IMG/VR virus record: IMGVR_UViG_3300032216_000103
Coordinates: 1-25,899 of that record
From: a virus
Lineage: Duplodnaviria > Caudoviricetes
Reading direction: 5' to 3' (one strand)
DNA length: 25,899 nt
Part shown: one piece after another, positions 8,206 through 17,101 of the stretch
How the letters are laid out: the number at the start of each line of letters is the position of its first letter
Numbering within the stretch: the first letter of the stretch is position 1
Translations under genes and position numbers: made by a program
The notes under the pieces: model-generated
Database searches by the model: none
Told to the model about the DNA's origin: nothing
Seen by the model: only the letters and a program-made list of their open reading frames with translations

Positions 8206-10313
8206 TATCTACGTCCGTCAGGTCGAATATCTATACGCGGGGCGCCCAACTGCCAAGTTGTACCTATGCCAGCGGAGTCAATCTTAAATATCATTTGACG
8301 ACCACGGAAACGGGTATAGATTTGCCCTGTAAATTCTTCAGTAATCACATAAGTGGAACTACCATAAACAGGTTGCGACGCATCACTAGTTGAACCTGAA
8401 CCGGAATTATCCAAACCATATAACGTCATGGTCACTGTAGGCGTTACACCCGTTGTAGACCCTGAAAAAGTCAAATCGGGTAGTACGCGCCACACAAATG
8501 CAAAATTATGGCCATCTCCAATATCAAATTCAGAAGAGGAAATGTATGCAGCAATAGGTGCCGTAGTGCTTGTTGCGTTATCGTCTATACCACTTTCGTG
8601 GTTAAGCAAACTACCAGTGGCATCACTAGTATTATATGTAGCCGCTACGGGGTAGTTTTGCAAACCGGAGTCTAGCCAAGCAGTACGTGACATCGTACCG
8701 TAGTACCAAATCTTTTCAAGATAATTATATACTACATAAGTATCAATAGTCGTGCTATTAGCAGAACAATAAAACCACCATACTTCATTAAAGCCTTCGT
8801 TAGTGCCACAAAATACCTGTTGAGACTGGCCTAAATTAATGTTTTGGAAAATAAAACGGCGCAAGTCACAATTGAGCGTTTGTACTCGACCATCATAAGA
8901 ATAGAATTTATCTACACCCATCCAATACACAATTCCAGAAGCAATGATCGCAGAATTGGGGCTGATGATAGAGATGTTATCTCCAAGTAATTGTGCTTGC
9001 CACACATAAGGAGGCCCAAGGTATTGCAAAGAATACACAGACGAGTCAGTCAAAACCACAATTTCTTGTCGAGTTTGTACGTACGTAACAATTTGTGAAC
9101 CATGTGATAGTCGGGTATATCCAGCTTGGCTAGTAGCATCTGGTGTCCAGTTGAACGGATCTCCCTGTGCCGACCACCTAATAAGCATGGGATCTATAGT
9201 TGAAGAACCGTAATCATTTGTACCCATCACAAGAACAAAACGCGAGGTATCAGAAACAGTTAAGTTGTTCTGTACAACAGGAACGTCAACAATCAAAGAG
9301 ACAGATACACCAGAACCTGTGGATGACGTATTAACAACATTACCGCTACCATCCAGCAAATTAGAAGTAAGACCGTTTTTGTTGTAAACATAATATGTTA
9401 CATTGGCTGACATACCAGTAGGCATAGAACCAGATGCTGTAAACTGAATTGCCGCACCTTCGGTATAGTCTACGGTAAAAGTTACTACAGTCGGCGAAGC
9501 ACTGGTAAATGTAGCCGTACCGCCTAAACTATTGAGAAGAACCCCACGAGTATTTACTCCGCTGGAAGCTTTCCAATAATAAAGACCGCCACCACGGGGG
9601 CCAAAAAAAAGATTTTCACCAAAGTTAAATTGATTCCATAACTGAATACTTGTAACAGTAGTTCCACCATTGCCCCAAGTTGTGCCGTATTGACCCCATG
9701 TACCAGCACCCCAGCCATTAAAAGGTACTTCAATAGCAGGCCCAGTATTGACTTGATAAGCAGCTACAACAGAACTTCCGCCGCCGGGTGAGCCTGAAGC
9801 ATCTGTTGAATTAGCCGTAGCGGTAGCTTTAAAAGTAAATGTATTAAGTGTTGTACTAGTAATTTGATATTCTTGGTTAAGTACAGCGGCCGTAATATTG
9901 CCACCTAATCCAGTTGCGCCAGTAAATTTTACAAAATCATTGGTAAGCGCGCCGTGTGCCGTAGCTGCTACGGTAATAGTAGAAGAACTTGCAGTCGCCG
10001 TAAAAGGGTTTGCCCCTAAAGTTACTGTAGAACGAATAGGTGTAATATCGTAATAAAGCGTTCCGTAGGTTAAGTAAAACTTTAAATTTGTACCGACGCC
10101 AATTAAGTTTAAATTACCTAACGTCACCCAATTCCAAAGAGAACGACATACACCTAAAAATGTATTTATAGAATATCGAGTCCAACCGCCAATCTTTTCA
10201 GGGTTGCCCTGACGAAATCTAATTTTGTTACATTCATACCACCCGCCCTCGGTTGTATACCGCGTATTTTCACGGTTAACCCCGGGTTTAAATAGTATTT
10301 TTTGTAATGGCAT
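8205..10313 (-). CDS. Tail nozzle / DNA stabilization protein (P22 gp10 / T7 gp12-like), 702 aa
   Basis: Size, beta-rich repeats (IRWS, VYWMG, EVWWFY, YVVYNY..W..G), C-terminal G..RIDIRPDGRR and position before the ejection genes. Confidence 0.75.
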   Translation of the reverse strand: MPLQKILFKPGVNRENTRYTTEGGWYECNKIRFRQGNPEKIGGWTRYSINTFLGVCRSLWNWVTLGNLNLIGVGTNLKFYLTYGTLYYDITPIRSTVTLGANPFTATASSSTITVAATAHGALTNDFVKFTGATGLGGNITAAVLNQEYQITSTTLNTFTFKATATANSTDASGSPGGGSSVVAAYQVNTGPAIEVPFNGWGAGTWGQYGTTWGNGGTTVTSIQLWNQFNFGENLFFGPRGGGLYYWKASSGVNTRGVLLNSLGGTATFTSASPTVVTFTVDYTEGAAIQFTASGSMPTGMSANVTYYVYNKNGLTSNLLDGSGNVVNTSSTGSGVSVSLIVDVPVVQNNLTVSDTSRFVLVMGTNDYGSSTIDPMLIRWSAQGDPFNWTPDATSQAGYTRLSHGSQIVTYVQTRQEIVVLTDSSVYSLQYLGPPYVWQAQLLGDNISIISPNSAIIASGIVYWMGVDKFYSYDGRVQTLNCDLRRFIFQNINLGQSQQVFCGTNEGFNEVWWFYCSANSTTIDTYVVYNYLEKIWYYGTMSRTAWLDSGLQNYPVAATYNTSDATGSLLNHESGIDDNATSTTAPIAAYISSSEFDIGDGHNFAFVWRVLPDLTFSGSTTGVTPTVTMTLYGLDNSGSGSTSDASQPVYGSSTYVITEEFTGQIYTRFRGRQMIFKIDSAGIGTTWQLGAPRIDIRPDGRR

Positions 10314-10320
10314 GATTTAC

Positions 10321-10755
10321 CTAGGCGTATGGTCTTGTGCCTATTTTATCAATAATAAGCGCTTGCCGTCTAGGTTTACCTGTAGCTTCATTAGTGACGC
10401 TAATATGCGTCCATCTGTCAAACTCACGAATGATTTGGTCGAAAGGTATGTCTGATGCAATAACAGCTTTGACTACCTCATCGGGGGTCATATTAGGCAC
10501 ACGAAAATCACAAGCAGCGCCCACGCGATGCTGAGAACGATCAGAGCTTCCAACCGCGTCGTTAACTTGTTTAGACCTAAAACCTGAGTTAACCATAATT
10601 GGCTTGCCGCCAAGAAGTTCTTTAACTTGCTCAAGTAGCTCTGCCACACGTTTAAGATTGTTTTTTTCAAGGTCATTAGGTTCATTTTTAAACTCTCTAT
10701 GGTCGGTTACTGTTAATTCTTCAAGTGAAAAATGGGGGGTTAGTAATGTATTCAT
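10321..10755 (-). CDS. Endolysin, peptidase M15 family (Zn-dependent), 144 aa
   Basis: HFSLEEL N-terminus, SGFRS..VN.AVG, SQH-x6-D and WTHIS zinc-ligand motifs; adjacent to the holin. Confidence 0.88.
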   Translation of the reverse strand: MNTLLTPHFSLEELTVTDHREFKNEPNDLEKNNLKRVAELLEQVKELLGGKPIMVNSGFRSKQVNDAVGSSDRSQHRVGAACDFRVPNMTPDEVVKAVIASDIPFDQIIREFDRWTHISVTNEATGKPRRQALIIDKIGTRPYA

Positions 10756-11255
10756 TTGGATACAGGTGTTGATTGGTGGATCATAGTATCTTTGGCTTGT
10801 GAACCAGAAGATGATCCAAAATAGAAGGATAGAACAAGCATTAATGCACCATCTAAAGTACCCAGTACACGGGCAATTAGTTCCCGCATAGTCGGCTCAA
10901 TTACATGAGTAAGCAAGAAAAACTGCACTGCCGCCCAAGCCAGCACAATCATAACGGACAAGGCAGGGGGTATGAAACTACCTGTGGTCATCTGCATCTG
11001 ACGGGCGCTTGCACGGTCTGCTACTGCCAACTTCTCAAAGTCAAGACCCATTTCTTGCGCTCTGGCCTTTAATGCTAACTCTGCGGTTTGGATCGAGGCT
11101 ATCTGGTCAGCAGATAACTTGCCTGAATTGATGGTGTTTTGGACTTCACTAGGGTCAACCCCTATAGCTTTGGATACTGCCTCAACCGCCATGCCTGCAA
11201 GCGGGCCGCCAAGAGCTGTGGCTATCGTGGGTGCTATTGACTTTAACCAATCCAT
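10752..11255 (-). CDS. Holin-like membrane protein (3TM/GTA-holin type), 167 aa
   Basis: N-terminal IAPTIATALGGPLAG, DRASARQM motif, two C-terminal hydrophobic helices ending SFYFGSS; overlaps the endolysin start. Confidence 0.75.
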   Translation of the reverse strand: MDWLKSIAPTIATALGGPLAGMAVEAVSKAIGVDPSEVQNTINSGKLSADQIASIQTAELALKARAQEMGLDFEKLAVADRASARQMQMTTGSFIPPALSVMIVLAWAAVQFFLLTHVIEPTMRELIARVLGTLDGALMLVLSFYFGSSSGSQAKDTMIHQSTPVSK

Positions 11256-11809
11256 TTATTTCTCCAAATGATATTTAGACTTTTGGTACTCGTTGTGGAC
11301 GTAGTACATTAGTCCTACAAACTCAAGAAATACAATTAAAATTGCAGCGCATAGCGTTGCTCTAACTTGATACTTTTGAATAAGAAGCCTACGTCTATAC
11401 GCAGCTTCTGCCACGGCTTTTTTTGCTCACGCTCAACTTTCTCACGTTCTTTTCTGACAACTTCACGCATATCAGCAAACTTTGACCAAAGCCCCGGCAT
11501 CCCCACCTGATAGATAATCATCTCTCTTAGTTCAGTTTCCATCTGTTGCATCTGCTCTTGACGAAGGACTCGGTTCATTGCTTCTTCGTTGATGGAAATA
11601 TTTTTGGGTAAAGGAACCTTTTGGGCTTCCTTCTCAGCAACCTTGAACTCATCGTTGTGCGTAAAGAACTTACCCAGATGCTGACTGATGTCGGTGACTA
11701 TTCCCGATATGTCTTTACCATCTTCCTTAAACTGGTTATAAAGCTCCACGCATTCTCTAATCCCTGCGTGTGCCGCCTTACAAGCAGCAAAGATGGTGAT
11801 TGGATCCAT
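11256..11809 (-). CDS. Lysis-cassette coiled-coil protein: 157 aa in frame 0 (stop at 11336) or 184 aa with C-terminal TM helix via -1 frameshift (stop at 11256)
   Basis: The -1 frame after A_AAA_AAG reads AVAEAAYRRRLLIQKYQVRATLCAAILIVFLEFVGLMYYVHNEYQKSKYHLEK* and its TAA directly abuts the holin ATG. Confidence 0.7.
11383..11423 (-). other. Candidate programmed -1 ribosomal frameshift signal
   Basis: In-frame slippery heptamer A AAA AAG (11423-11417), 7-nt spacer, then stem-loop AGAAGC-UGCGU-auag-ACGUA-g-GCUUCU (11409-11383). Confidence 0.7.
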
Positions 11810-11985
11810 TACTTCTTCATTTTGCCTAAAGTCTCGGCCAGACGTGCACGCTGCCCCAGTTTCCCGGGTTTTTTTGCAGCGGCGGCTAGCTTCTTTGCGG
11901 GAATCGTTTTGCCTTCTTTAACGCCGAGTTCCTTACGCAGGGCACCGGGCTTCTTGATTGCTTTCTGTATCCATTTTTCAGCCAT
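11809..11985 (-). CDS. Small Lys-rich protein, 58 aa; not in ORF track
   Basis: MAEKWIQKAIKKPGALRKELGVKEGKTIPAKKLAAAAKKPGKLGQRARLAETLGKMKK. Fills the gap exactly; its TAA overlaps the next ATG (TAATG at 11809). Confidence 0.85.
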   Translation of the reverse strand: MAEKWIQKAIKKPGALRKELGVKEGKTIPAKKLAAAAKKPGKLGQRARLAETLGKMKK

Positions 11986-12418
11986 GATAAAACGCCTTTA
12001 CTTTAGGTTGAATGATTTCTCTGATTAACTCAGCTTCATACTGCGCCATTTCCCATTTAGGGGTAACACGGTAGTCCCAAGTGACAGGAGGAACAAATAG
12101 CTTATTGGTATCCTCAAAGCGTCCTTCCTTAATCCTGTCCACCCAAATTAAAAAATCAGCACCGAAAGCCTCACGGCACTCAGGCGTAGGACAAACAAAG
12201 TCAGCAATAGAATGAGCGCCATACTTACTTGTAATATCGCACAAGTGCCCCATACGTCTGGCTTGCTCAATCCTATCTTCTGGGGAAAACCCTAAGTCTT
12301 TGTTGATGTGTTTTCTAATGTCATCTGCATTGAAATGAGCGGCTTTTAACTCTCTAGCTAAACACTCAGCCAAAGTAGTTTTACCCGCCCCGGGCAAGCC
12401 CATGATTAAAATTTTCAA
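11978..12418 (-). CDS. cysC: Adenylylsulfate (APS) kinase-like P-loop kinase, 146 aa
   Basis: Walker A GLPGAGKTT, NADDIR and the CysC-type DLGFSPEDR.EQARR motif. TTG start overlapping the upstream TGA. Shorter than cellular CysC. Confidence 0.75.
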   Translation of the reverse strand: MKILIMGLPGAGKTTLAECLARELKAAHFNADDIRKHINKDLGFSPEDRIEQARRMGHLCDITSKYGAHSIADFVCPTPECREAFGADFLIWVDRIKEGRFEDTNKLFVPPVTWDYRVTPKWEMAQYEAELIREIIQPKVKAFYHG

Positions 12419-12807
12419 CTTAACGCGTCCAATTGCTCATGCGTTGTGCAAACATCAACCGCTTCATTTTTTGCAATTAATGTTTGACGGGCTGACTCAA
12501 TCACCGCAAGGTCACAAGTCAAAGCATTTTTTGTTTGTTCATTCACAACTTCTTGGAATATAAACTGCGCATTAACTTTTATGCCAGACTTGCGATCATC
12601 TACGCTAATGTCAAATGTGCCGTACACGATTTCCACAGGGTCTTTTGAAATATCAAAAGTATGGGCAGTATAACCTTGACGATTAGGTATAATTGTAGGG
12701 CGTATTTCAATAGCGTTTTTCCAGCCATTGTTACCAACTCCTTCTGCTGGTGGGGTGTCCCAACAGTCTTTAACTTCATCGTTTTCAATTCGTACATATA
12801 AAGACAT
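12415..12807 (-). CDS. Hypothetical protein, possible tail-fibre assembly/chaperone, 130 aa
   Basis: SD AAGGAG. Beta N-terminus plus helical C-terminus ending ...CTTHEQLDAL, an architecture common downstream of fibre genes. Confidence 0.45.
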   Translation of the reverse strand: MSLYVRIENDEVKDCWDTPPAEGVGNNGWKNAIEIRPTIIPNRQGYTAHTFDISKDPVEIVYGTFDISVDDRKSGIKVNAQFIFQEVVNEQTKNALTCDLAVIESARQTLIAKNEAVDVCTTHEQLDALS

Positions 12808-12830
12808 AAATGCTCCTTGCTATTAAAAAT

Positions 12831-14603
12831 TTACGATACCATTTTTAATTCTACTTTGTTCTTATTTAATTTCCCTTTAATTTTATTAAAAGGAATTTCC
12901 CATTCGCCAAATACTTCTTGCCTAAAAAGCGTCATACTGTCATAGTACGGTGTCTTATTTCCGTCCAAAGCATACAAGTAATAACCCATTACAGGTATTA
13001 CTACCCAAGTCTCGATACCCATCGCAGCACTCAAATGACTCACAGATGTACAAGAACTAATAACCAAATCACATAAAGCCACCGCATTTCTGGTATCTTC
13101 CCATGTATTTAGTGATACTTGTTTTACCCAAGTTGGGCAAGCATTTGCGCCCTCATCTCGCTGTAAAGAAATGAACTCATAGTCTGCGCCCTTGACCGCA
13201 TCAAACATCAACTGATAAGGAAAGCGCTTGTTATGGTCATCTTCAAATTTAGAGCTACCTTGCCATCTCAAACCAATACGTTTCTTGCGTCCTTTAATGA
13301 CGTTGGGCTTATGGATATAAGCGTCCCCTCTCAAGTCAGCCATCTCATAACCAATATACTGAGGAAAGGTCATGCCGTAGCACCAGAAGTCGTGGTAAAC
13401 GCCATACTCAGCGCCAACTTGTACTACAGCCGATACGCCGTCAATATCAGAAAATAGTCCAGCCAACTGCCCAGAACAGCAAACTACAACCTTATTACCC
13501 CGGGCTACCAAGTCTCTTGCGTACCGAACCTGATGAATCTGGTCACCTAACCCGTGATCGCAGTATAGAAGAATAGTACCTTTTGTCTTGCCGTCCCATT
13601 CAGGTGCAGGAGTATCTGGTTTGCGTTCTCCAATAATTCCACAGTAACGACCTCTATCCATTTGCTTGTAACCCTCACCGATATTCCCTTGCTTTAAGAG
13701 GTACCACGAACGGTTGTAGGCTGCACGGTGATCTGTTGGGCGTTCTGCGTGAAGTTTTTCAGACAGTCTCCAACCTTCAACAAAGTCACCCATCTTGCCT
13801 GATGTGACTTGTAAATCAAGGTCATCTAATTCAGGCACGGTTCTCTCACCATTATTCCAAAATTCGGGTTGGCAAAATTGGTTGTAATGGTGCTTCAGCA
13901 AATCCTTTGCTTTATCGTCATGCTGTTTTGCCAAGACTGGTTTAACATTGTGCATGCCAGCATATCCATGAATATTCTCATCATCTTCTTTAACAGATGA
14001 ACCATCAATGTTGGAAAAGTCGTAGTCATAGTCTGGTAGCCCCAAGAACTCATGGATTCTATTTAATTCTTTTTCTGGGTTAGCAATTAAATTATCATAT
14101 ACTACAAACAAAAAATGTTCAGGCATTGCAACATAACCTGCCTCAAGTGAAATATATGAAGCCTTCAGATGATCTGCTAATTGGCCTGAATACATGAAAG
14201 TATCCAAGTCATCTGGTTTAGCAACACGGATAAAAGATGCCATACAATCTACTACGGGACGAACAGTAGCAACCACTTTACATGGACGACCAAGGACTTG
14301 GTTCATTGCGCTCATTATTTGTGGGATGGGCCATCCACGGGACTTGTCAATGATGATTGGTTTATCTGTATCTTCATAGAAAGCATCAATACAACCACGC
14401 ATGGTCTGTGCTAATTTATTTCTTTGTGGATCATTTTCGTTAAGGAGACCAGCAGAGTGCCATGTATTAGCAAGACCATCAAGTGCATGAACTAGACCCG
14501 AGGTAGTAGATACATGAGTTTGTGGATTTTGATTTAGAATAGCCGCCAATACGGTTGATCCTGAACGAGGAATACCAGATAAAAAATGTAATGTTTTATT
14601 CAT
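12831..14603 (-). CDS. Sulfotransferase - TPR - glycosyltransferase (GT-B, GT9-like) fusion, 590 aa
   Basis: PAPS-binding 5'-PSB motif SGIPRSGST and 3'-PB R-x7-S (VRPVVDCMAS). TPR-like AAYNRSWYLLKQG. GT-like HGLGDQIHQVRY, IGLRWQG and DLVISSCTSVSHLSAAMG. Confidence 0.82.
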   Translation of the reverse strand: MNKTLHFLSGIPRSGSTVLAAILNQNPQTHVSTTSGLVHALDGLANTWHSAGLLNENDPQRNKLAQTMRGCIDAFYEDTDKPIIIDKSRGWPIPQIMSAMNQVLGRPCKVVATVRPVVDCMASFIRVAKPDDLDTFMYSGQLADHLKASYISLEAGYVAMPEHFLFVVYDNLIANPEKELNRIHEFLGLPDYDYDFSNIDGSSVKEDDENIHGYAGMHNVKPVLAKQHDDKAKDLLKHHYNQFCQPEFWNNGERTVPELDDLDLQVTSGKMGDFVEGWRLSEKLHAERPTDHRAAYNRSWYLLKQGNIGEGYKQMDRGRYCGIIGERKPDTPAPEWDGKTKGTILLYCDHGLGDQIHQVRYARDLVARGNKVVVCCSGQLAGLFSDIDGVSAVVQVGAEYGVYHDFWCYGMTFPQYIGYEMADLRGDAYIHKPNVIKGRKKRIGLRWQGSSKFEDDHNKRFPYQLMFDAVKGADYEFISLQRDEGANACPTWVKQVSLNTWEDTRNAVALCDLVISSCTSVSHLSAAMGIETWVVIPVMGYYLYALDGNKTPYYDSMTLFRQEVFGEWEIPFNKIKGKLNKNKVELKMVS

Positions 14604-14624
14604 ACGAAGCCTTCATAATTGTAT

Positions 14625-16295
14625 TTATACACTTGAAATTGCAACAGTATGATATTGTCCACACGATAAGGATAACCAACTTGTTAAAGATCCAACTTGT
14701 TTAGGTGAAGAATAATTTGTTATATTTCCTATTCCTATCTGCCCGTTGTCGTTTGTGCCCCAACCCCACAATGTTCCATTTGTTTTAGTTGCAGCAACAT
14801 GATCCCCACCAGTTTCAACTCGTGACCAATCTGCTGATCCGCCAACTTGGACAGGAGATGAATAATACCCTGTATTATTTAAACCTAATTGACCATAATA
14901 GTTGTAACCCCAGCCCCATAATGTATTGTTAGTCTTAACAGCCAATGATGACCGCTGTCTTGAAGATACTTGTGACCAATCTGTTAATGCGCCAACTTGA
15001 ATAGGAGACTTGACACCGGCATATGTAGTATAGCCCAGTCCTAATTGACCAGTATTATTTTTACCCCAAGCCCATAAAGTACCGTCAGTTTTAATAGCAA
15101 GAATAGTCGAATATGTACTACTAGTTGTTTTTGACCAAGTTGTTAATGCGCCAACTTGTACTGGTGATGAATAGTAACTGGTATTACCACGCCCTAACGT
15201 ACCATAAGCTCCAAGGCCAAAAGTCCATAAAGTACCATCAGACTTAATTGCTGCACTTACAAAACCCCCCGTTGTTACTGACACCCAAGTGTTTAATGAA
15301 CCAACTTGTTTAGGTGAAGAATAATTTGTTGTATTTCCTAAACCTAATTGACCAAACTGATTTTGTCCCCAAGACCAAAGAGTACCATCAGATTTTACTG
15401 CTAGTGTTGAACTATAAGATGTTGCTACAGATAACCAATTTGTTAATGAACCAACTTGTTTAGGCGAAGAATAATATGTTATGTTTCCTAAACCTAATTG
15501 ACCTCTATAGTTTACTCCCCAACCCCATAATGTATTGTTATCTTTCCTAATTGCCATAGTATAAGCATCACCAGCAGATACAGATAGCCAATTGACTGTA
15601 GAAGAAACTTGTTTAGGTGAAGAATACCTAGTTCTATTGTTTAAACCTAATTGACCATACTGGTTGTTTCCCCAAGAATAAAGATAAGATGGTGATGCCG
15701 TCGTAATACTATTACTTGCAGAACTTGATGCGCTGTTTCCTGCTGAGTTGGTTGCGTACACAGTAAATGTGTAAGATGTTGATGGACTTAAACCAGAAAT
15801 AGTAATAGTACCTGAACCTGAAGTAGCCAACGTGCCCGTAATACCACCGGGTGAAGACACCGCTGTGTAAGACGTAATGGTTGCACCACCATTTGAAGAC
15901 GATGCTGTGTATGATACAGTAGCTGTGGATGTTCCAGTTGCAGTTGCTGTACCAATTGTAGGTGCGCTTGGAACCGCCGCAGCTACTGTTGCTGTTGTGT
16001 TTGAATTTGCTGAGACACTGCTAACTGCGTTTGTTGCAGTTACTGCACAATAAATTGTATTCCCTACATCACCCGCAACTAATGTGTAAGTACTTGATGT
16101 AGCTCCACCGATAGATGTGCTTGGGCTTCTGTACCATTGGTATGTGTATGTGGGGGCTGGTACACCTGTCCATGTTCCGTTTGTTGTACTTAATGTTTGT
16201 CCAAATGTAGCCGTGCCAGAAACGACGGGCGCTACTGTATTGGCAGGTGGGGAGCTATAGCTACCCCCAGTAAAAGCATTAAGTATTCCGCTCAT
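14625..16295 (-). CDS. Putative receptor-binding/fibre protein: Ig-like + FN3 + 7-bladed RCC1/BLIP-II-like propeller, 556 aa
   Basis: Ig-like (TYTYQW...YCAVTATN), FN3 (PSAP...GLSPSTSYTFTVYATNSAG) and seven ~50-aa repeats DGTLW.WG.N..GQLGLG....SSP.QVG. Confidence 0.85.
   Translation of the reverse strand: MSGILNAFTGGSYSSPPANTVAPVVSGTATFGQTLSTTNGTWTGVPAPTYTYQWYRSPSTSIGGATSSTYTLVAGDVGNTIYCAVTATNAVSSVSANSNTTATVAAAVPSAPTIGTATATGTSTATVSYTASSSNGGATITSYTAVSSPGGITGTLATSGSGTITISGLSPSTSYTFTVYATNSAGNSASSSASNSITTASPSYLYSWGNNQYGQLGLNNRTRYSSPKQVSSTVNWLSVSAGDAYTMAIRKDNNTLWGWGVNYRGQLGLGNITYYSSPKQVGSLTNWLSVATSYSSTLAVKSDGTLWSWGQNQFGQLGLGNTTNYSSPKQVGSLNTWVSVTTGGFVSAAIKSDGTLWTFGLGAYGTLGRGNTSYYSSPVQVGALTTWSKTTSSTYSTILAIKTDGTLWAWGKNNTGQLGLGYTTYAGVKSPIQVGALTDWSQVSSRQRSSLAVKTNNTLWGWGYNYYGQLGLNNTGYYSSPVQVGGSADWSRVETGGDHVAATKTNGTLWGWGTNDNGQIGIGNITNYSSPKQVGSLTSWLSLSCGQYHTVAISSV
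14628..15690 (-). repeat. About 150-nt tandem coding repeats (RCC1 blades)
   Basis: ccaacttgtttaggtgaagaataatttgtt is identical at 14692 and 15301, with close variants at 15451 and ~15603. Confidence 0.9.
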
Positions 16296-17092
16296 GTTAC
16301 ATTAGTCCCTGTAAGTAACCATTGAGTTGTACCAACTTTAACACAGTTTGCTACACCGTATTGCGCCAAAGTCCTAGAGCCTGTACCACCACCTTGCGCC
16401 CAAGTTAAAGTATCTGTGTTAATTGCAATTGTCACATTGTTTGCTGACATATTGATAAATTGAATCACCGTTCCCAGAGGATATGCCACGGAAGAGTTGG
16501 CGGCTATGGTGAACGTCCTAGCATTTGCATCGCTTGCGGGGTGAAAAATACAGTATCCTGAGTCAGCTAAAACAGTTGTATATGCTGTTGATTGACTATT
16601 CTGAGGGATATTTAGATAGCCCGTACCATTAGTTGTAATTGATGATGCCTTAGCATAGTCGGCTGTGACGGTGTTGTAATAGACAAGGGCTGTTTCACCA
16701 GCGGCAATTGATACCCCTGTACCGCCAAACTTTTTAATTGTGATTGCATATCCACCTGTTGTACCATTCGTAATAAGATACGATTTACTAAGCGCTGGGG
16801 CAATAATATTTCTTGCTGCTGTTCTTGCGCCTGACAAGTTAAGAATGTAAAACTGCGATATTGCCGTTGATGTAGTTGTTGTAGTAACAGAAGTGGATGG
16901 AAAGCTTGATCCACTATAACCATTAGAGACAGATAAAGTAACATCACCGTCATAAGTAATGTTGTTTGTACCCGCGACGGAAATATCTACAAGGATTGTA
17001 AAGCCGTTGTTTACATCATCACCCCATACTCCAGATTCTGAACCTGTAGTCGGCTGGTTTAACCCCAGCAACGTCGTATTTGTATATGCCAT
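16292..17092 (-). CDS. Tail fibre proximal/structural protein, 266 aa
   Basis: N-terminal LGL.QPTTGSESGVWG...N virion-attachment-type motif; C-terminal IPQNSQS.AYT.VLAD...W.L.G module; Thr/Ser-rich. Confidence 0.65.
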   Translation of the reverse strand: MAYTNTTLLGLNQPTTGSESGVWGDDVNNGFTILVDISVAGTNNITYDGDVTLSVSNGYSGSSFPSTSVTTTTTSTAISQFYILNLSGARTAARNIIAPALSKSYLITNGTTGGYAITIKKFGGTGVSIAAGETALVYYNTVTADYAKASSITTNGTGYLNIPQNSQSTAYTTVLADSGYCIFHPASDANARTFTIAANSSVAYPLGTVIQFINMSANNVTIAINTDTLTWAQGGGTGSRTLAQYGVANCVKVGTTQWLLTGTNVT

Positions 17093-17101
17093 TTAACGCT
17101 C

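Noticed and set aside
14628-15690. Diversity-generating retroelement or CRISPR array as explanation for the DNA repeats
   Set aside because: The repeats are in-frame coding blades. No reverse transcriptase, non-coding template repeat, adenine-only mismatch pattern or repeat-spacer structure is seen in the window.
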